DNA of 64,000 nt from Chiloscyllium plagiosum (Eukaryota). The translations under genes and the position numbers were made by a program. This document shows, one piece after another, positions 1 to 12,245 of the stretch. Below the pieces are notes generated by a model that did no database searches, was not told where the DNA came from, and saw only the letters and a list, made by a program, of their open reading frames with translations. Position 1 is the first letter of the stretch. Every line of letters starts with the position of its first letter. The stretch is from contig NC_057727.1 of the NCBI RefSeq assembly GCF_004010195.1, positions 43,732,740 through 43,796,739 of the forward strand. The letters run 5' to 3'.

Positions 1-1190
1 ATTTTTTACAAACCCACCGATTCCCACAGCTACCTGGATTACACCTCTTCCCACCCTGTCTCTTGCAAAAATGCCATCCCGTATTCCCAATTCCTCCGCC
101 TCCGCTGTATCTGCTCCCAGGAGGACCAGTTCCACCACAGAACACACCAGATGGCCTCCTTCTTTAGAGACCGCAATTTCCCTTCCCACGTGGTTAAAGA
201 TGCCCTCCAACGCATCTCGTCCACATCCCACACCTCTGCCCTCAGACCCACCCCTCCAACCGTAACAAGGACAGAACGCCCCTGGTGCTCACCTTCCACC
301 CTACCAACCTTCGCATAAACCAAATCATCTGCCGACATTTCCGTCATCTCCAAAAAGACTCCAACACCAGGGATATATTTCCCTCCCCACCGCTTTCCAC
401 AAAGACCGTTCCCTCCGTGACTACCTGGTCAGGTCCACGTCCCCCATACAACCTACCCTCCCATCCTGGCACTTTCCCCTGCCACTGCAGGAACTGTAAA
501 ACCTGCGCCCACACCTCCTCTCTCACCTCTATCCAAGGCCCTAAAGGAGCCTTCCACATCCAAAGTTTTACTTGCACATCCACCAATATCATTTATTGTA
601 TCCGTTGCTCCCGATGCAGTCTCCTCTACATTGGGGATTCTGGGCGCCTCCTAGCAGAGCGCTTTAGGGAACATCTCCGGGACAACCGCATCAATCAACC
701 ATACCACCCCGTGGCCCAACATTTCAACTCCCCCTCCCACTCTGCTGAGGACATGGAGGTCCTGGGCCTCCTTCACCGCCGCTCCCTCACCACCAGACAC
801 CTGGAGGAAGAATGCCTCATCTTTCACCTCTGAACACTTCAACCCCAGGGCATCAATGTGGACTTCAACAGTTTCCTCATTTCCCCTTCCCCCATCTCAC
901 CCTAGTTCCAAACCTCCAGCTCAGCACTGTCCATGACTTGTCCGGACTTGTCCTACCTGCCTATCTCCTTTTCCACCTATCCACTCCACCCTCTCCTCCC
1001 TGACCTATCACCTTCATCCCCTCCCCCACTCACCCATTGTACTCTATGCTACTTTCTCCCCATCCCCACCAGCTTATCTCAGGCTCACTGCCTTTATTCC
1101 TGAAGGGCTTTTGCCCGAAATGTCGATTTTGCTGCTCCTTAGATGCTGGCTGAACTGCTATGCTCTTCCAGCACCACTAATCCAGAACAT
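1..1190 (+). mobile_element. Penelope-like element (PLE) 3' part: RT thumb remnant, GIY-YIG endonuclease, 3' tail with degenerate hammerhead motif
   Basis: ORF 285-833 contains NIIYCIRCSRCSLLYIGDSGRLLAERFREH...HPVAQHFN, the Penelope GIY-YIG pattern; tail cctgaagggcttttgcccgaaatgtc near 1099-1124. Confidence 0.85.
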
Positions 1191-1375
1191 AAGAGCTTTG
1201 GACTGTGTGTATGAAGTGGTTTAATAATAAACATGTCAGACTTTCTGGAGCCATGTTTTTAAAGTGGTACATGTCAGAGATCAAGAAACAGTGTCTTTCT
1301 GGAGTGATAATGTCATATTGCTCATATTATGAATGCTTTACAATCAGAGAGCAAACATTGAAAGACACGTTTTAG

Positions 1376-1600
1376 CGAGTTTTGAAAAAATTTGTAGCTC
1401 AGGTTGAGGTTCTGGATCTAAGTTTGCTTGCTGAGCTGGAAGGTTCATTTTCAGACATTTCGTCACCATACTAGGTAACATCATCAGTTAAGTCTCCAGT
1501 GAACCAGTGCTTCACCGGAGGCTCACTGATGTTGTTACCTGGTATGGTGATGAAATGTCTGAAAATGAACCTTCCGGCTCAGCGAGCAAACTTGCATCCA
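1376..1600. mobile_element. Imperfect palindromic non-autonomous element (family A) with a hammerhead motif in each arm
   Basis: Arms ~1416-1503 and ~1511-1600 are reverse complements; minus strand 1487-1454 reads CTGATGA-T-GTTACC-TAGTAT-GGTGAC-GAAA-TGTC; plus copy 1526-1559 has mutations. Confidence 0.7.
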
Positions 1601-1796
1601 CGCTTGCTTTTTGTTTAAAACTATCAAGAATTGTTTTCTTTTCTTAGGAAAAACCCACAGATTGGAAACCTTTGGATAGATGGGAACATAGATTGGAAAA
1701 TTCCAGTCCAAGACTGGACACACATACTCTTCCTCAGGTGGGACAGGTACTGTTTGATGAGGCAGATGCTTGGATCCTTGATGTACTTCTGCTGTT

Positions 1797-2435
1797 TAGA
1801 CCATAAGACCATAAGACATAGGAGTGGAAGTAAGGCCATTCGGCCCATCGAGTCCACTCCGCCATTCAATCATGGCTGATGCACATTTCAGCTCCACTTA
1901 CCAGCGTTCTCCCTGTAGCCCTTAATTTCTCTAGACAACAAGAATCTATCAATCTCGGCCTTGAAGACATTTAGCGTCCCGGCTTCCACTGCACTCCGTG
2001 GCAATGAATTCCACAGGCCCACCACTCTCTGGCTGAAGAAATGTCTCTGCATTTCTGTTCTGAAATGACCCCCTCTAATTCTAAGGCTGTGTCCACGGGT
2101 CCTAGTCTCCTCGTCTAACGGAAACAATTTCCTAGCATCCACCTTTTCCAAGCCATTTATTATTTTGTACGTCTCTATTAAGTCTCCCCTTAATCTTCTA
2201 AACTCCAACGAATACATCCCAGTATCCTCAGCCGTTCCTCATATGTTAGACCTGTCATTCCAGGGATCATCCGTGTGAATCTCCGCTGGACACGTTCCAG
2301 TGCCAGTATGTCCTTCCTGAGGTGTGGGGACCAAAACTGGACACAGTACTCCAAATGGGGCCTAACCAGAGCTTTATAAAGTCTTAGTAGTACATCTCTG
2401 CTATTATATTCCAACCCTCTTGAGATAAGAGACAA
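1797..2435 (-). mobile_element. CR1-clade LINE 3' end (ORF2 C-terminus, 3'UTR, short-repeat tail)
   Basis: LYKALVRPHLEYCVQFWSPHLRKDILALERVQRRFTRMIP / LRGDLIETYKI / FFSQRVVGLWNSLP; (ataagacc)n tail at ~1797-1820. Confidence 0.9.
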
Positions 2436-2444
2436 CAGAGAGAG

Positions 2445-3403
2445 ACAAGAAGACGAAGAAGAATTAGATACGAAGAAGAAGAAGACGACGAAGACGACGA
2501 CGAAGACGACGACGACGAAGACGACGACGAAGACGAAGACGACGATGAAGACGAAGACGAAGCAGAAGAAGACGATGAAGACGACAAAGACGACAAAGAC
2601 GACAAAGACGACAAAGACGACAAAGACGACAAAGACGACAAAGACGACAAAGACGACAAAGACGACAAAGACGACAAAGACGACAAAGACGACAAAGACG
2701 ACAAAGACGACAAAGACGACAAAGACGACAAAGACGACAAAGACGACAAAGACGACAAAGACGACAAAGACGACAAAGACGACAAAGACGACAAAGACGA
2801 CAAAGACGACAAAGACGACAAAGACGACAAAGACGACAAAGACGACAAAGACGACAAAGACGACAAAGACGACAAAGACGACAAAGACGACAAAGACGAC
2901 AAAGACGACAAAGACGACAAAGACGACAAAGACGACAAAGACGACAAAGACGACAAAGACGACAAAGACGACAAAGACGACAAAGACGACAAAGACGACA
3001 AAGACGACAAAGACGACAAAGACGACAAAGACGACAAAGACGACAAAGACGACAAAGACGACGACGCAGACGAAGAAGAAGGCGAAGACGAAGAAGACGA
3101 AGAAGACGAAGAAGACGAAGAAGACGAAGAATTAGAAGAAGAAGAAAAAGAAGAAAAAGAAGACGACGAAGACGACGAAGACGACGAAGAAGGAGACGAA
3201 GAAGAAGACAAAGAAGACAAAGAAGACAAAGAAGACAAAGAAGACAAAGAAGACAAAGAAGACAAAGAAGACAAAGAAGACAAAGAAGACAAAGAAGACA
3301 AAGAAGACAAAGAAGACAAAGAAGACAAAGAAGACAAAGAAGACAAAGAAGACAAAGAAGACAAAGAAGACAAAGAAGACAAAGAAGACAAAGAAGACAA
3401 AGA
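2445..3403. repeat. Purine-rich compound tandem repeat: (GACGACAAA)n ~2580-3057, (GAAGACAAA)n ~3203-3403, GAA/GAC triplet mosaic; ends at an N gap
   Basis: Directly visible 9-bp periodicity. Confidence 0.95.
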
Positions 3404-3419
3404 NNNNNNNNNNNNNNNN

Positions 3420-3533
3420 GAACGCTGGTAAGTGGAGCTGAAATGCGCATCAGCCATGATTGAATGACGGAGTGGACTCGATGGGCCGAATGGCCTTACT
3501 TCCACTCCTATGTCTTATGGTCTTATGGTCTTA
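3420..3533 (+). mobile_element. CR1 3' terminus, same family as 1797-2435 in opposite orientation
   Basis: Near-exact reverse complement of ~1800-1908, ending in (ggtcttat)n. Confidence 0.85.
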
Positions 3534-3632
3534 TGTTACCCAGTATGGTGATGAAACGCCTGAAAACAAACCTTCCTGCTCAGCGAACTAAATTACATAC
3601 TTATCATCAACCTGAGGTACAAATCCTCTCAA
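3534..3632 (+). mobile_element. Truncated single arm of family A element
   Basis: tgttacccagtatggtgatgaaacgcctgaaaacaaaccttcctgctcagcga matches 1533-1587. Confidence 0.6.
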
Positions 3633-3689
3633 TCCAGCAGCTCACCTCGAACACCATGGACCTTCACCTTGCTCAGCAGCCTCCCGTGT

Positions 3690-4432
3690 GGTACCTTATC
3701 AAAGGCCTTTTGAAAGTCTAGATAGACCACATCCACTGGGTTTCCCTGGTCTAACCTACTTGTTACCTCTTCAAAAAATTCCAACAGGTTTGTCAGGCAT
3801 GACCTCCCTTTACTGTGAAGACTGACGCAAAGTACTTGTTAAGTTCTCCTGCTATTTCCTTATCTCCCATCACTAGGCTTCCTGCATCAGTTTGAAGTGG
3901 CCCAATGTCTACTTTTGCCTGTCGTTTGTTTCTTATGTACTGAAAGAAACTTTTACTATTATTTCTAATATTACTGGCTAGCCTACCTTCATATTTGATC
4001 CTCTCCTTTCTTATTACACTCTTTGTTATCCTCTGTTTGCTTTTGTATCCTTCCCAATCTTCTGATTTCCCACTGTTCTTAGCCACTTTATAGGATCTCT
4101 CTTTTTCTTTAATACATTTCCTGACTTCCTTTGTCAGCCAAGGTTGTCTAATCCCTCCCCGGTTAATCTTTCTTTTCTTGGGAATGAACCTCTGTACAGT
4201 GTCTTCAATTATACCTACAAACTCCTGCCATTTTTGCTCTACTGTCTTCCCGGTTAGCCTCTGCTTCCAGTCTATTTTAGTCAGTTCCTCTCTCATTCCC
4301 TCATAATTACCTTTATTCAACTGTAACACCATTACATCCGATTTTGCCTTCTCCCTTTCAAACTCCAGACTGAACTCTACCATATTATGGTCGCTACTTC
4401 CTAAGGGTTCCCTTACTTTAAGATCTTTTATA
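3690..4432 (-). mobile_element. CR1-clade LINE ORF2 internal fragments
   Basis: ORF 3793-4383: QPWLTKEVRKCIKEK...NSKSFFQYIRNKR...AGELNKYFASVFT; reverse strand near 3690-3730 encodes VVYLDFQKAFDKVPH. Confidence 0.85.
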
Positions 4433-4439
4433 AATCTTA

Positions 4440-5150
4440 AAAGTTTGCACTGGGCTCCACCTGGATCTGTCAGGAAGGTTCAAAATAGTTGGATCTTCTT
4501 CAGTTTGGGCATTCCCATCGGTTGGTCAGAATATTGCATCGTTCAAGGCGGCTTTTAGGATGTCTTTGAAAAGGTTCCCTCTGTCCCCCTGGTAACCAGG
4601 ATGATATTTGGAGTACAAAACTTGTTTTGGGAGTTTTCTGTCAGGTTTGCAGATGATAGAGCTCGTCCAATGCAATTCATTAACCAGTGCCTCAATCCTG
4701 GGGATGCTGATCTGAGAGGGGATATTAATAGTGGATAGTGTTTCCTACACCGAAATTATTACCCAGGAATTTGAAGCACGAGTGATATTCCTTCAACTGT
4801 ATGAATTGCTTGCTGTCCATTGTCCGCATATCCAATACATACAGGAAGGCAGGAAACATTGTGGCCTGCAAACTTAGTGCTGACTTTGAGATCTTCGCAA
4901 TTTTTTCTTCAGACTGCTGAAGGTTATGCTGATACACTAGCGATTGTGCTCTGTGCCTTCAGTAATGTTGGTCCTCATTGGAGGAAACTCTCAAGGTATG
5001 AGAATAATCTACATTAACCAACAACTCACTTAGGTTGTTGGTAATCTGCTTAGAGTATTATGAAGTGGGAGGAGGTTAGCAGACAATCTTTGTCTTCCAA
5101 ATGTTTAGCCTAAGGCCTATTCTTTCATATACCTCCATGAATGCAAGATT
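4440..5150 (-). mobile_element. Degenerate RTE-clade LINE fragment
   Basis: Manual minus-strand translation gives PRIEALVNELHW...PDRKLPKQVLYS, resembling the RTE ORF C-terminus (LRWAGHV..RLPK.VLY). Confidence 0.5.
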
Positions 5151-5351
5151 TAGAGCTAAGTTTCAGCGCGTGCACACAAGCACGAGATGCATACTGCACC
5201 TTGATTACACTCTAGTGTATGTGCTGGATGCAACAAATCTTAACGTAATATTGATATCCAGTTAGACATAACCAAAAGCATTCAGTTTTTATGGGCTTAT
5301 TCTGAATTCAAAGTTTGGAAATTAAGAAAATGAAGATAAAAAATACATTAC

Positions 5352-5432
5352 CAGATTTTTAAGGAGTTCACATCCTAAACCTCCTGCTCCAATAACTAGA
5401 ACTTTGCAGGTCTCTAGAAGGAACTGGAGTGA
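5352..5432 (-). CDS. UBA3: UBA3 (NEDD8-activating enzyme E1 catalytic subunit) coding exon 4
   Basis: [27 protein letters not shown] with GxGxxG ATP-binding motif; ttctgcag acceptor and gtaatg donor; later exons not found in the window. Confidence 0.97.
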
Positions 5433-8378
5433 CTGCAGAAATAAATATGACAGCTCAGTCAACATCACAGAAGGAAAATCTTAATTTATTTTAAGGCTTT
5501 CAACAAAGTTTTCATATATTTTTGAGTTAAATTGATTTTGTATCCACAAAAAGAATAAACTATATGTTTCAGAACATTAAGTATATTTCAGCCTGGATTT
5601 TGCCATGAGCAGCAAAGCAAGAATGCTAATTATTGACCTTGTAAAAAGACAAGAAATCTAGTAACCTCCACTGCGTGAATTTCTCTCTTTCACCACACAG
5701 TGGATTGCTAATGTGAAGCAGGAATGATGTTTTCAAGTTATCTAAGCAACCAGTCACATAAGTGTTCTCATGCAAAGCGCAAAACTCAATTTTTTTTTAA
5801 ACTGTACACTAAAGATTGGAATATACATATTGGGTGAAGATAGAAGCCAAATTTTAAGGAAAAAATACTTTTAAAATAGTTTGACTATCTACTCATTAAT
5901 AATAATGCAGTCATTAACAACATTAACAGAAGTATAAACCTATTTTTCAGTGTCAGCTCTATTGCTAAGTAACAGTTTATTACTCAATTGAGCACTTGGA
6001 TCGGTTATATCTCAGGGGAGTTCTTGCCAAATTAACTGATTTCTTGTTGGGTCAGTGTAGGGTCTTAGTGCAACCTTAGCATAGCAGGGAATGAGAGGAT
6101 TTCTGCATTCATCTGCTCTTGCCCTTGAGGTTTTTGCTAATTTCAAAGGAATGACAATAATTGACATTGACAGTTCACAGTCAATAAAGCCCCACAAAAC
6201 TCAAAATCAACTTATAAAGAGCAGTTCCTTTTTGCCAAGTCTGTCCCCATATGTACACACATACAAGTGATGAGCATAGGTTTGTTAGAAAATATCTACA
6301 GTAGATACATTAATTGTGAATTGTGCTGGATTTTAAATATAAATGTGGACCAATATGTTGGAAAAGACAGCAACTTTCACAATTGTTTACATAATGCAAA
6401 CTGAACACATGAAAACTCTGAAAGCACTTGCAATCTTTGATTTGAAAAACTTGTGTGAAAAGCTGTACATTTCATTTCCAATTGGAATTTGTTTCTTTCT
6501 TATAGACAATGATTTACAGAAACACTTTCCCAATGTTAGCAACTTGAAATTAGGTTAGCTATATTATAGATTAGATGTTCTCTGTTCTGACAGTAGAATT
6601 CTAATTTTGGGTGAGTACTCAATACTGGGAGCAATACCATTACCAGTTAAAGTACATACAAAGTAAAATATTAGCATGTGTACTTCTTTTTAGGTTATGA
6701 ATCTATGTCTGCAAAACCTACACCGTACTCCCCCAATTATTTCATTTTAAAATAGTCAGAAGAGATTTAAAAGGTCAGAAACACAAGTAAACTGTACGAT
6801 AAGAATGTAATTGCACCGGAGGGGACGTTACCCAAATTAGAGCATTTTATCAGAGGCCTGATAGGCTTGGGTTACTTTCTTTACAGCAGAAAAGGCAGAG
6901 GGCAATCTGGTTAAGGTGTGTAAGATGACCAGGGGCTTGGACTCGTTGGATCAGCAGCTCTTCCCTTTAAGTAAAGGCTAAATAACAAAGGGGCATTATT
7001 TTAAAGGTGAAAAGCAAGAGTTTAAAGAGGATTTAAGGATTTTGCTTTCACCCAGAGGGTGGTGGGAATCTGGAATGAAATGAATGGAAGGGTAGTAAAA
7101 TCTTTGAAAAGTATATGAATGTGGACTTGAAATGTCATTACATTCAAGGCCATAGGTTGAATGCTGTAAAGTGGGATTTTGTGCAGACTTGATCAGCCGA
7201 ATGACCTCTTCTGTGCTGGATGACTATGAGCTATGTGCATTTCCCAACTGCCAATTACAAGTGGTTACAAAGACCGATAGAGAAACAGCAGTAATTCTAA
7301 AAAGGCTTTTGAAAATTTGTTTTATCAATGATTTGTCTTCAAGGCAAAGGCATACATTACCAAATGGAATTTGTGGCCAGGAAATTGCTCAAAATATAAA
7401 ATGGACAGAATGTTTAACACTACAGGCATATGAATTGGTTTATATTCATGAATATTGACCCTTAGGGTATATCAGTCGTTCTCAGATTGAAAACTGTTGG
7501 ATAATTGGACCAGAAAAGAAATTGCAATCTAAGTGTTCTAAGGACATACATTCTACTCCTAATTGTACATAAAGCTTCCATTAATATAGTTATTTTTCTA
7601 ATTAAATGGAAAAACCCATTGTAATTTGGAAATTCACAAAGCAGTTGATCTTGTAAGTTCATTCACAATGAGGCAAAGGAGCTGGAATGTGCAAAATTAA
7701 ACCATTACAACATTACTTCTGGTAAGAAGTTGTAATTGCATCTAGACTAGTTTCTACAAATAGTTTCAGTTACATACTATTCACAGCACAGAAACAGGCA
7801 ATTTTGACCACCACTTTTTATTCATTCTATATCCTTGTATTGCTTTCTCATAGTTTGCTTATCTCATGACCCTTTGAATGCACCAATGTCATTGCCTCAA
7901 TTACTGTGGTGTGACAGGAAGTTCCATTTTCTAATTCATTGCATGAAAATTCATGTTTACATTAAAAATAGAAATTGACTAAAGTGTCCCAGAAACTAGG
8001 ACTTTTTTTTAGGCCTAAATTGATTACTCTGAATTTGTAGGCACAAACAGGGGAATTTTAAACTTAACTGACTAGCAGGATTTTGACAAACCAGGCAAGC
8101 TACCTACATTTCACAATGAAGGTAAGAAAATACGGTTTACAGATGTTGCAACTCGGGAGTTCGATCAACGTTGTTGTTTTGTGTTAGTAAATAAAAACAG
8201 CAAAATGGAGTAGAGGTTTTACATGAGATGTAAGTTTCCAAATTTAACCAAATTTATTGTGTGACTCATTAGCATCTGATGTTTTGTTCTCATTGTGACA
8301 TAAACATTTAGCAAAAGCAAAAAAAAACTCTCAGCTACTATCCAATACCAAACTTTGATTTATAACAATGTTTCTCAC

Positions 8379-8499
8379 TTCAGTACTTGGTTCAAAGTCA
8401 GGATGTGTGAATGGTCCTGAGCGTTCAAGGAACTTCCTCACGTGATTCCAGCGACCTTCCCAGTCTCCAGTGTCCCCATACCCACCATCAACAGCCATT
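8379..8499 (-). CDS. UBA3: UBA3 coding exon 3
   Basis: [40 protein letters not shown]; 121 nt; AG acceptor, GTGAGA donor. Confidence 0.97.
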
Positions 8500-9689
8500 C
8501 TGCACAGAACACAATAAACTCAACTAGAGATTTCGTTTTCACAACACAGCATAATTATTAGAAACATTATTTACAAGAACTACTTGTCTTAGACATTTTT
8601 AAAAGTTGTATTTATATTTCTTTAAAGAGAGACAGACTGAATGACACCCTAATAGCTCAAATTTTAAATTTAGAATTAGAAGGGCTCAAATTAGACAATT
8701 AAAATCATCTCTCAGATGCAAATTTTCAGCCACCAAAACAAAGTCATCAAATCAAATGAAAACAGATACAAAAGTTCTTTCTTGGAATAGTTATTAAATG
8801 TTACAAGCAACACTGACTCCAAACAAAATTCAAACGTCAATCTGTTTCACTAAATTTGCAATTCCCCACACAACCTCCCAACCAAGGATAGTTCTGATCT
8901 GCTGCAGCACAGACAAGAGAAAGAAAGGAAATTAGACAAGTATGCAAGCAAAATATTTGTCAGTTGTCCAGAACATCATAAGAGAGTAGGGTCTAAAGGT
9001 GTCTCAATTATATACAGTACCAAAACAAAACTAGACACTTTCTAACAGATATTAAAACATATGGGATTGTTATCTCAAACCATTTTTACATTGGCATTTA
9101 GCTAGGGTCTATATTTCTTCCTTGCTTTTCCATTTCAGGAACATTACATGGATCAACAATTTCAAAAAATAATGCTGGGAGAGATTGCATTTTATCAAAA
9201 ACTAGATTATTTGGTGCTCAGAAGCAACACCTGGAAACGACTTTTCAAAAAATGTAAATAAAGCAGTTAAATCACAGAAACTTTAGTGAGTCATTGAACA
9301 ACTATTGAAATATAGGTTTACGCCAGTTAAATCTGGATTCACATCAATCAAGTTCTCCCACAGAAAAATGATGCAAAACACAATTGGAAGTTTAGCTGCC
9401 AATTTGTTTCATGCCGTATTCAATTCAAGCCAAAGATTAAATGTTCAACGACGCTATGTAATGTTTTAACATTTATTGAAATCCCACCAGTTCCCCAGAT
9501 TTGCTCCTCCTTTTTAAATAAAATATATTCCTATTCCTCTAAGCAGTTTCTCGTGTTTAGGACGAATAAAGATGCAGGTTGAGGCCAGACTGGTCCCACT
9601 GCTCGGAGCTGCAGCTCATAACAAGCCCTCCAGCCTCAGACCCTCGCACAAGCAGAAAACCAGGGCCGCTACATTCATTCAACACTAAC

Positions 9690-9728
9690 TTGTCAGTGTG
9701 CTCTTCTACTTTCCTTCTTTTCTTCTCC
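9690..9728 (-). CDS. UBA3: UBA3 coding exon 2
   Basis: (P)EKKRRKVEEHTD(K); 39 nt; atttag acceptor, gttagt donor; phases join exons 1 and 3. Confidence 0.9.
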
Positions 9729-9841
9729 CTAAATAAAAGAGAGAATAAAAGAAGGTTCAGACATGCTCACCCAAGAGAAGAACGAGCAGAAGTCAATGCG
9801 AGAGAGGCCTGAGCGGCCGGAGTTCACGCGGGGATACTCAC

Positions 9842-9861
9842 GGCTCCGCCACATCCGCCAT
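9842..9861 (-). CDS. UBA3: UBA3 coding exon 1 (start codon)
   Basis: ATGGCGGATGTGGCGGAGCC|GTGAGT = MADVAEP, compare human MADGEEP. Confidence 0.92.
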
Positions 9862-10070
9862 ATTTTCCTGCTCCCGTCAACCAGCGCAGCAACGGTGGCG
9901 ACGTTCCATTCCTGCCGACCAATCGGAACATCCCACAATCCCGCGCGGCCGAACCCTGCGGTGTCTATCCGCTGCCCTGGCGTGACGTCATCACTTGCTT
10001 TTGGAATGCCTGCAGACCGGGTTACTGACCCAACCGATCAGTGTCGTTGGCTCTGCGGTGTCCCGAGATC
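9862..10070 (-). promoter_or_regulatory. CpG-rich UBA3 promoter/5'UTR with CCAAT (9919-9923), full CRE TGACGTCA (9983-9990) and YY1-like AATATGGCGG over the ATG
   Basis: Local CpG enrichment and motifs directly upstream of exon 1. Confidence 0.65.
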
Positions 10071-10155
10071 AGCAAAGAGAGGGAGAGAAAAAAAAGCATT
10101 TAAGGATGCGCATAAGTTCATTGTCGACACTGTTGTTTAGATCGCGCCTATTATT

Positions 10156-10987
10156 ATTTTTTTTTTATTTTATTAAACAAATTACAAAACAGTTTACAAA
10201 AAACATTGACAGCTGTACACAAAAGACAGCAGTTTTACAAGGGAGAGGAGCAGCAAAGCTAGGCCCCGAACCCTACCGTTCAACCATTTTACAGGGAGAG
10301 GAGGACAAACCTCAAATCCCAGTTCCACATATGACAAGACAGTGACAATGACATTTGTACATTAGACAATACCGTTACATACAAAAGTGCAGACAATACA
10401 GACCCAGCAAGCCCCCGCCCCTCCCACCTTCCGACCACTCTAAGGCAGCCCGCCCCTACCCACCTTCCGGTTCTCGGTCCACCCCATGCCCCTTCCAGTT
10501 CTCGGTCCGCCCTGACACACCTTTCGACCACCTCTAGGACAGCCCGCCCCGGTACCCGCCCAGGGTGACAGCAGTCAGGACGGCCTACCCACCTTCCGGC
10601 TTCACTAACCACCCTCAGCACCTTTCGACCACCTCTGGGGCAGCCCGCCCCGGTACCTGCCCGGGGTGACAGCGCCGAGGACGGCTACCCGCCTTCTGGC
10701 TCTCGGTCTGCCCCTAGGTACCATTGGGCTCTCACCCACCCCGTTGCACCTCCGACCAGTGGGCTATCCTGGCACACCTTTCGGCCACCTCTAGGACAGC
10801 CCGTCCCCTTCCCTGGGACGACAGCGTGTAGTGTAAACCACAAGCCTTCCGGATCTCAGCCCGCCCCTACGTGCCTTCTGGCTCTCGGCTGCTCGGACAC
10901 CTTTCGACCACCTCTAGGACAGCCCGTCCCGATTACCCCTTATCGGGATGACAGTGCTCAGAACAGCCTACCCACCATCTAGCTTCA
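10156..10987 (-). mobile_element. Non-coding polyadenylated retroposon insertion (probable L1/Tx1-type 3'UTR) with internal GC-rich repeats
   Basis: 11-bp TSD cgcctattatt (10145-10155, 10988-10998); AATAAA and A-tail on the minus strand; cacctttcgaccacctctaggacagcccg-like motif repeated 4 times. Confidence 0.75.
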
Positions 10988-11026
10988 CGCCTATTATTGA
11001 TGAATGTTTATCCATTAAATTCCTAA

Positions 11027-11600
11027 CAATGTGGAAACAGGCTATTTGGCCTAACAAGTCCACAACAAACCTCCAAAGAGTATCCCACCCAGACCCATTC
11101 CTCTACCCTATTACTTTACATATGCCTGACCTAATCTACACATACATCCCGCAACACTATAGGCAATTTAGCATAGCCAATTCACCTGACCTGCATATCT
11201 TTGGACTGAGGGAGGAAACCCATACAGACACAGGGATCTGTATTGTCTGCACTTTTGTATGTAACAGTACTGTCTAATGTACAACTGTCATTGCTGTTTG
11301 TCTCTTTATATCTTTGTGAAACTGGGATTTGAGGTTTGTCCTCATGTCCCTGTAAACTGTTTGAATGGTAGGGTTTGGGGCCTGGCTTTGCTGCTCCTCT
11401 CCCTTGTAAAATTGCTGTCTCTTGTATGCAGCTGTAAATGTAACTTTGTTGTAAACTGTTTTTGTAATTTGTTTAATAAAATAATATAAACAGACACAGG
11501 GAGATGTGCAAACTCCACACAGACAGTTGCCCATGACTGGAATTAAACCCAGGTCCCTAGCGCTGTGGGGCAGCAGTGCTAACCACTGGGTCACCATGCC
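11027..11600 (-). mobile_element. HE1-like tRNA-derived SINE interrupted by an insertion
   Basis: Head GGTGACCCAGTGGTTAGCACTGCTGCC...GGTTTAATTCC on the minus strand; body shared with other copies. Confidence 0.8.
11237..11489 (+). mobile_element. 5'-truncated second copy of the 10156-10987 family nested in the SINE
   Basis: 13-bp TSD acagacacaggga (11224-11236, 11490-11502); AATAAA and A-rich tail; reverse-complement similar to ~10160-10402. Confidence 0.8.
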
Positions 11601-12148
11601 ATTAAAGAGCAACTCGACTGCCTGTACTTTTAATACAAGTTGTTGCGTGATATGGGGTAAAGGAAAATGCTCAATAAAACCATTGTTTGTGGACAAAAAA
11701 AAACCCCAAAACGTTGGGATTTAGAAATCAAATTTGGGGATGCTCAATCCGTGCACCTGGGTCAGTGAGGCTGCGTTTTGACTACCATGTTAAGTTTTAG
11801 TCTTTACCTTGCAAGAACAATGCAGAATTTTTCGTGAGATCTAAAGGATGGCAATGAGGAAGACTCAGACAATAGAATTGTAAGACAAAGATCAAATAAA
11901 GGAGGGAGGGAAGGTTTGTGGGTGGGGAGAAGGGTGGAGTAGTGAGGTAGCGATAGGTGAATACAGGTGATGGGTATGACCTGGTTGGTTGATACCCTGA
12001 TATGCTCACCAATCCTGGTCTCTATTCGTTTACCCACACTGATGTTAGACTAATTGACCTGTTGTGATTAAGGTTCTCTATCTTTTGAACAGATTTCAGT
12101 GCCTTGCTTGACTTTCATTCCCCCTATGTGCTAGTCTTATAAATGGAG

Positions 12149-12245
12149 TTCCGAGGAAGGGTCACCTGACCCGAAACATTAACATTGATTTCTCTTCACA
12201 GATGCTGCCAGACCTGCCGAGCTTTTCCAGCTACATCTGTTTTTG
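12149..12245 (+). mobile_element. 97-bp PLE-tail-like insertion starting with a hammerhead-like motif (family B)
   Basis: 12-bp TSD ttataaatggag (12137-12148, 12246-12257); CCGAGGA-A-GGGTCA-CC-TGACCC-GAAA at 12151-12176. Confidence 0.7.

Noticed and set aside
2384-3505. Long ORFs (poly-SSL, LCR, KTT)
   Set aside because: By-products of the 9-bp tandem repeat; two cross an N gap; no gene context
10156-11489. DNA transposon/MITE with 250-bp terminal inverted repeats
   Set aside because: Each arm has its own TSD and A-tail, so these are two retrotransposition events
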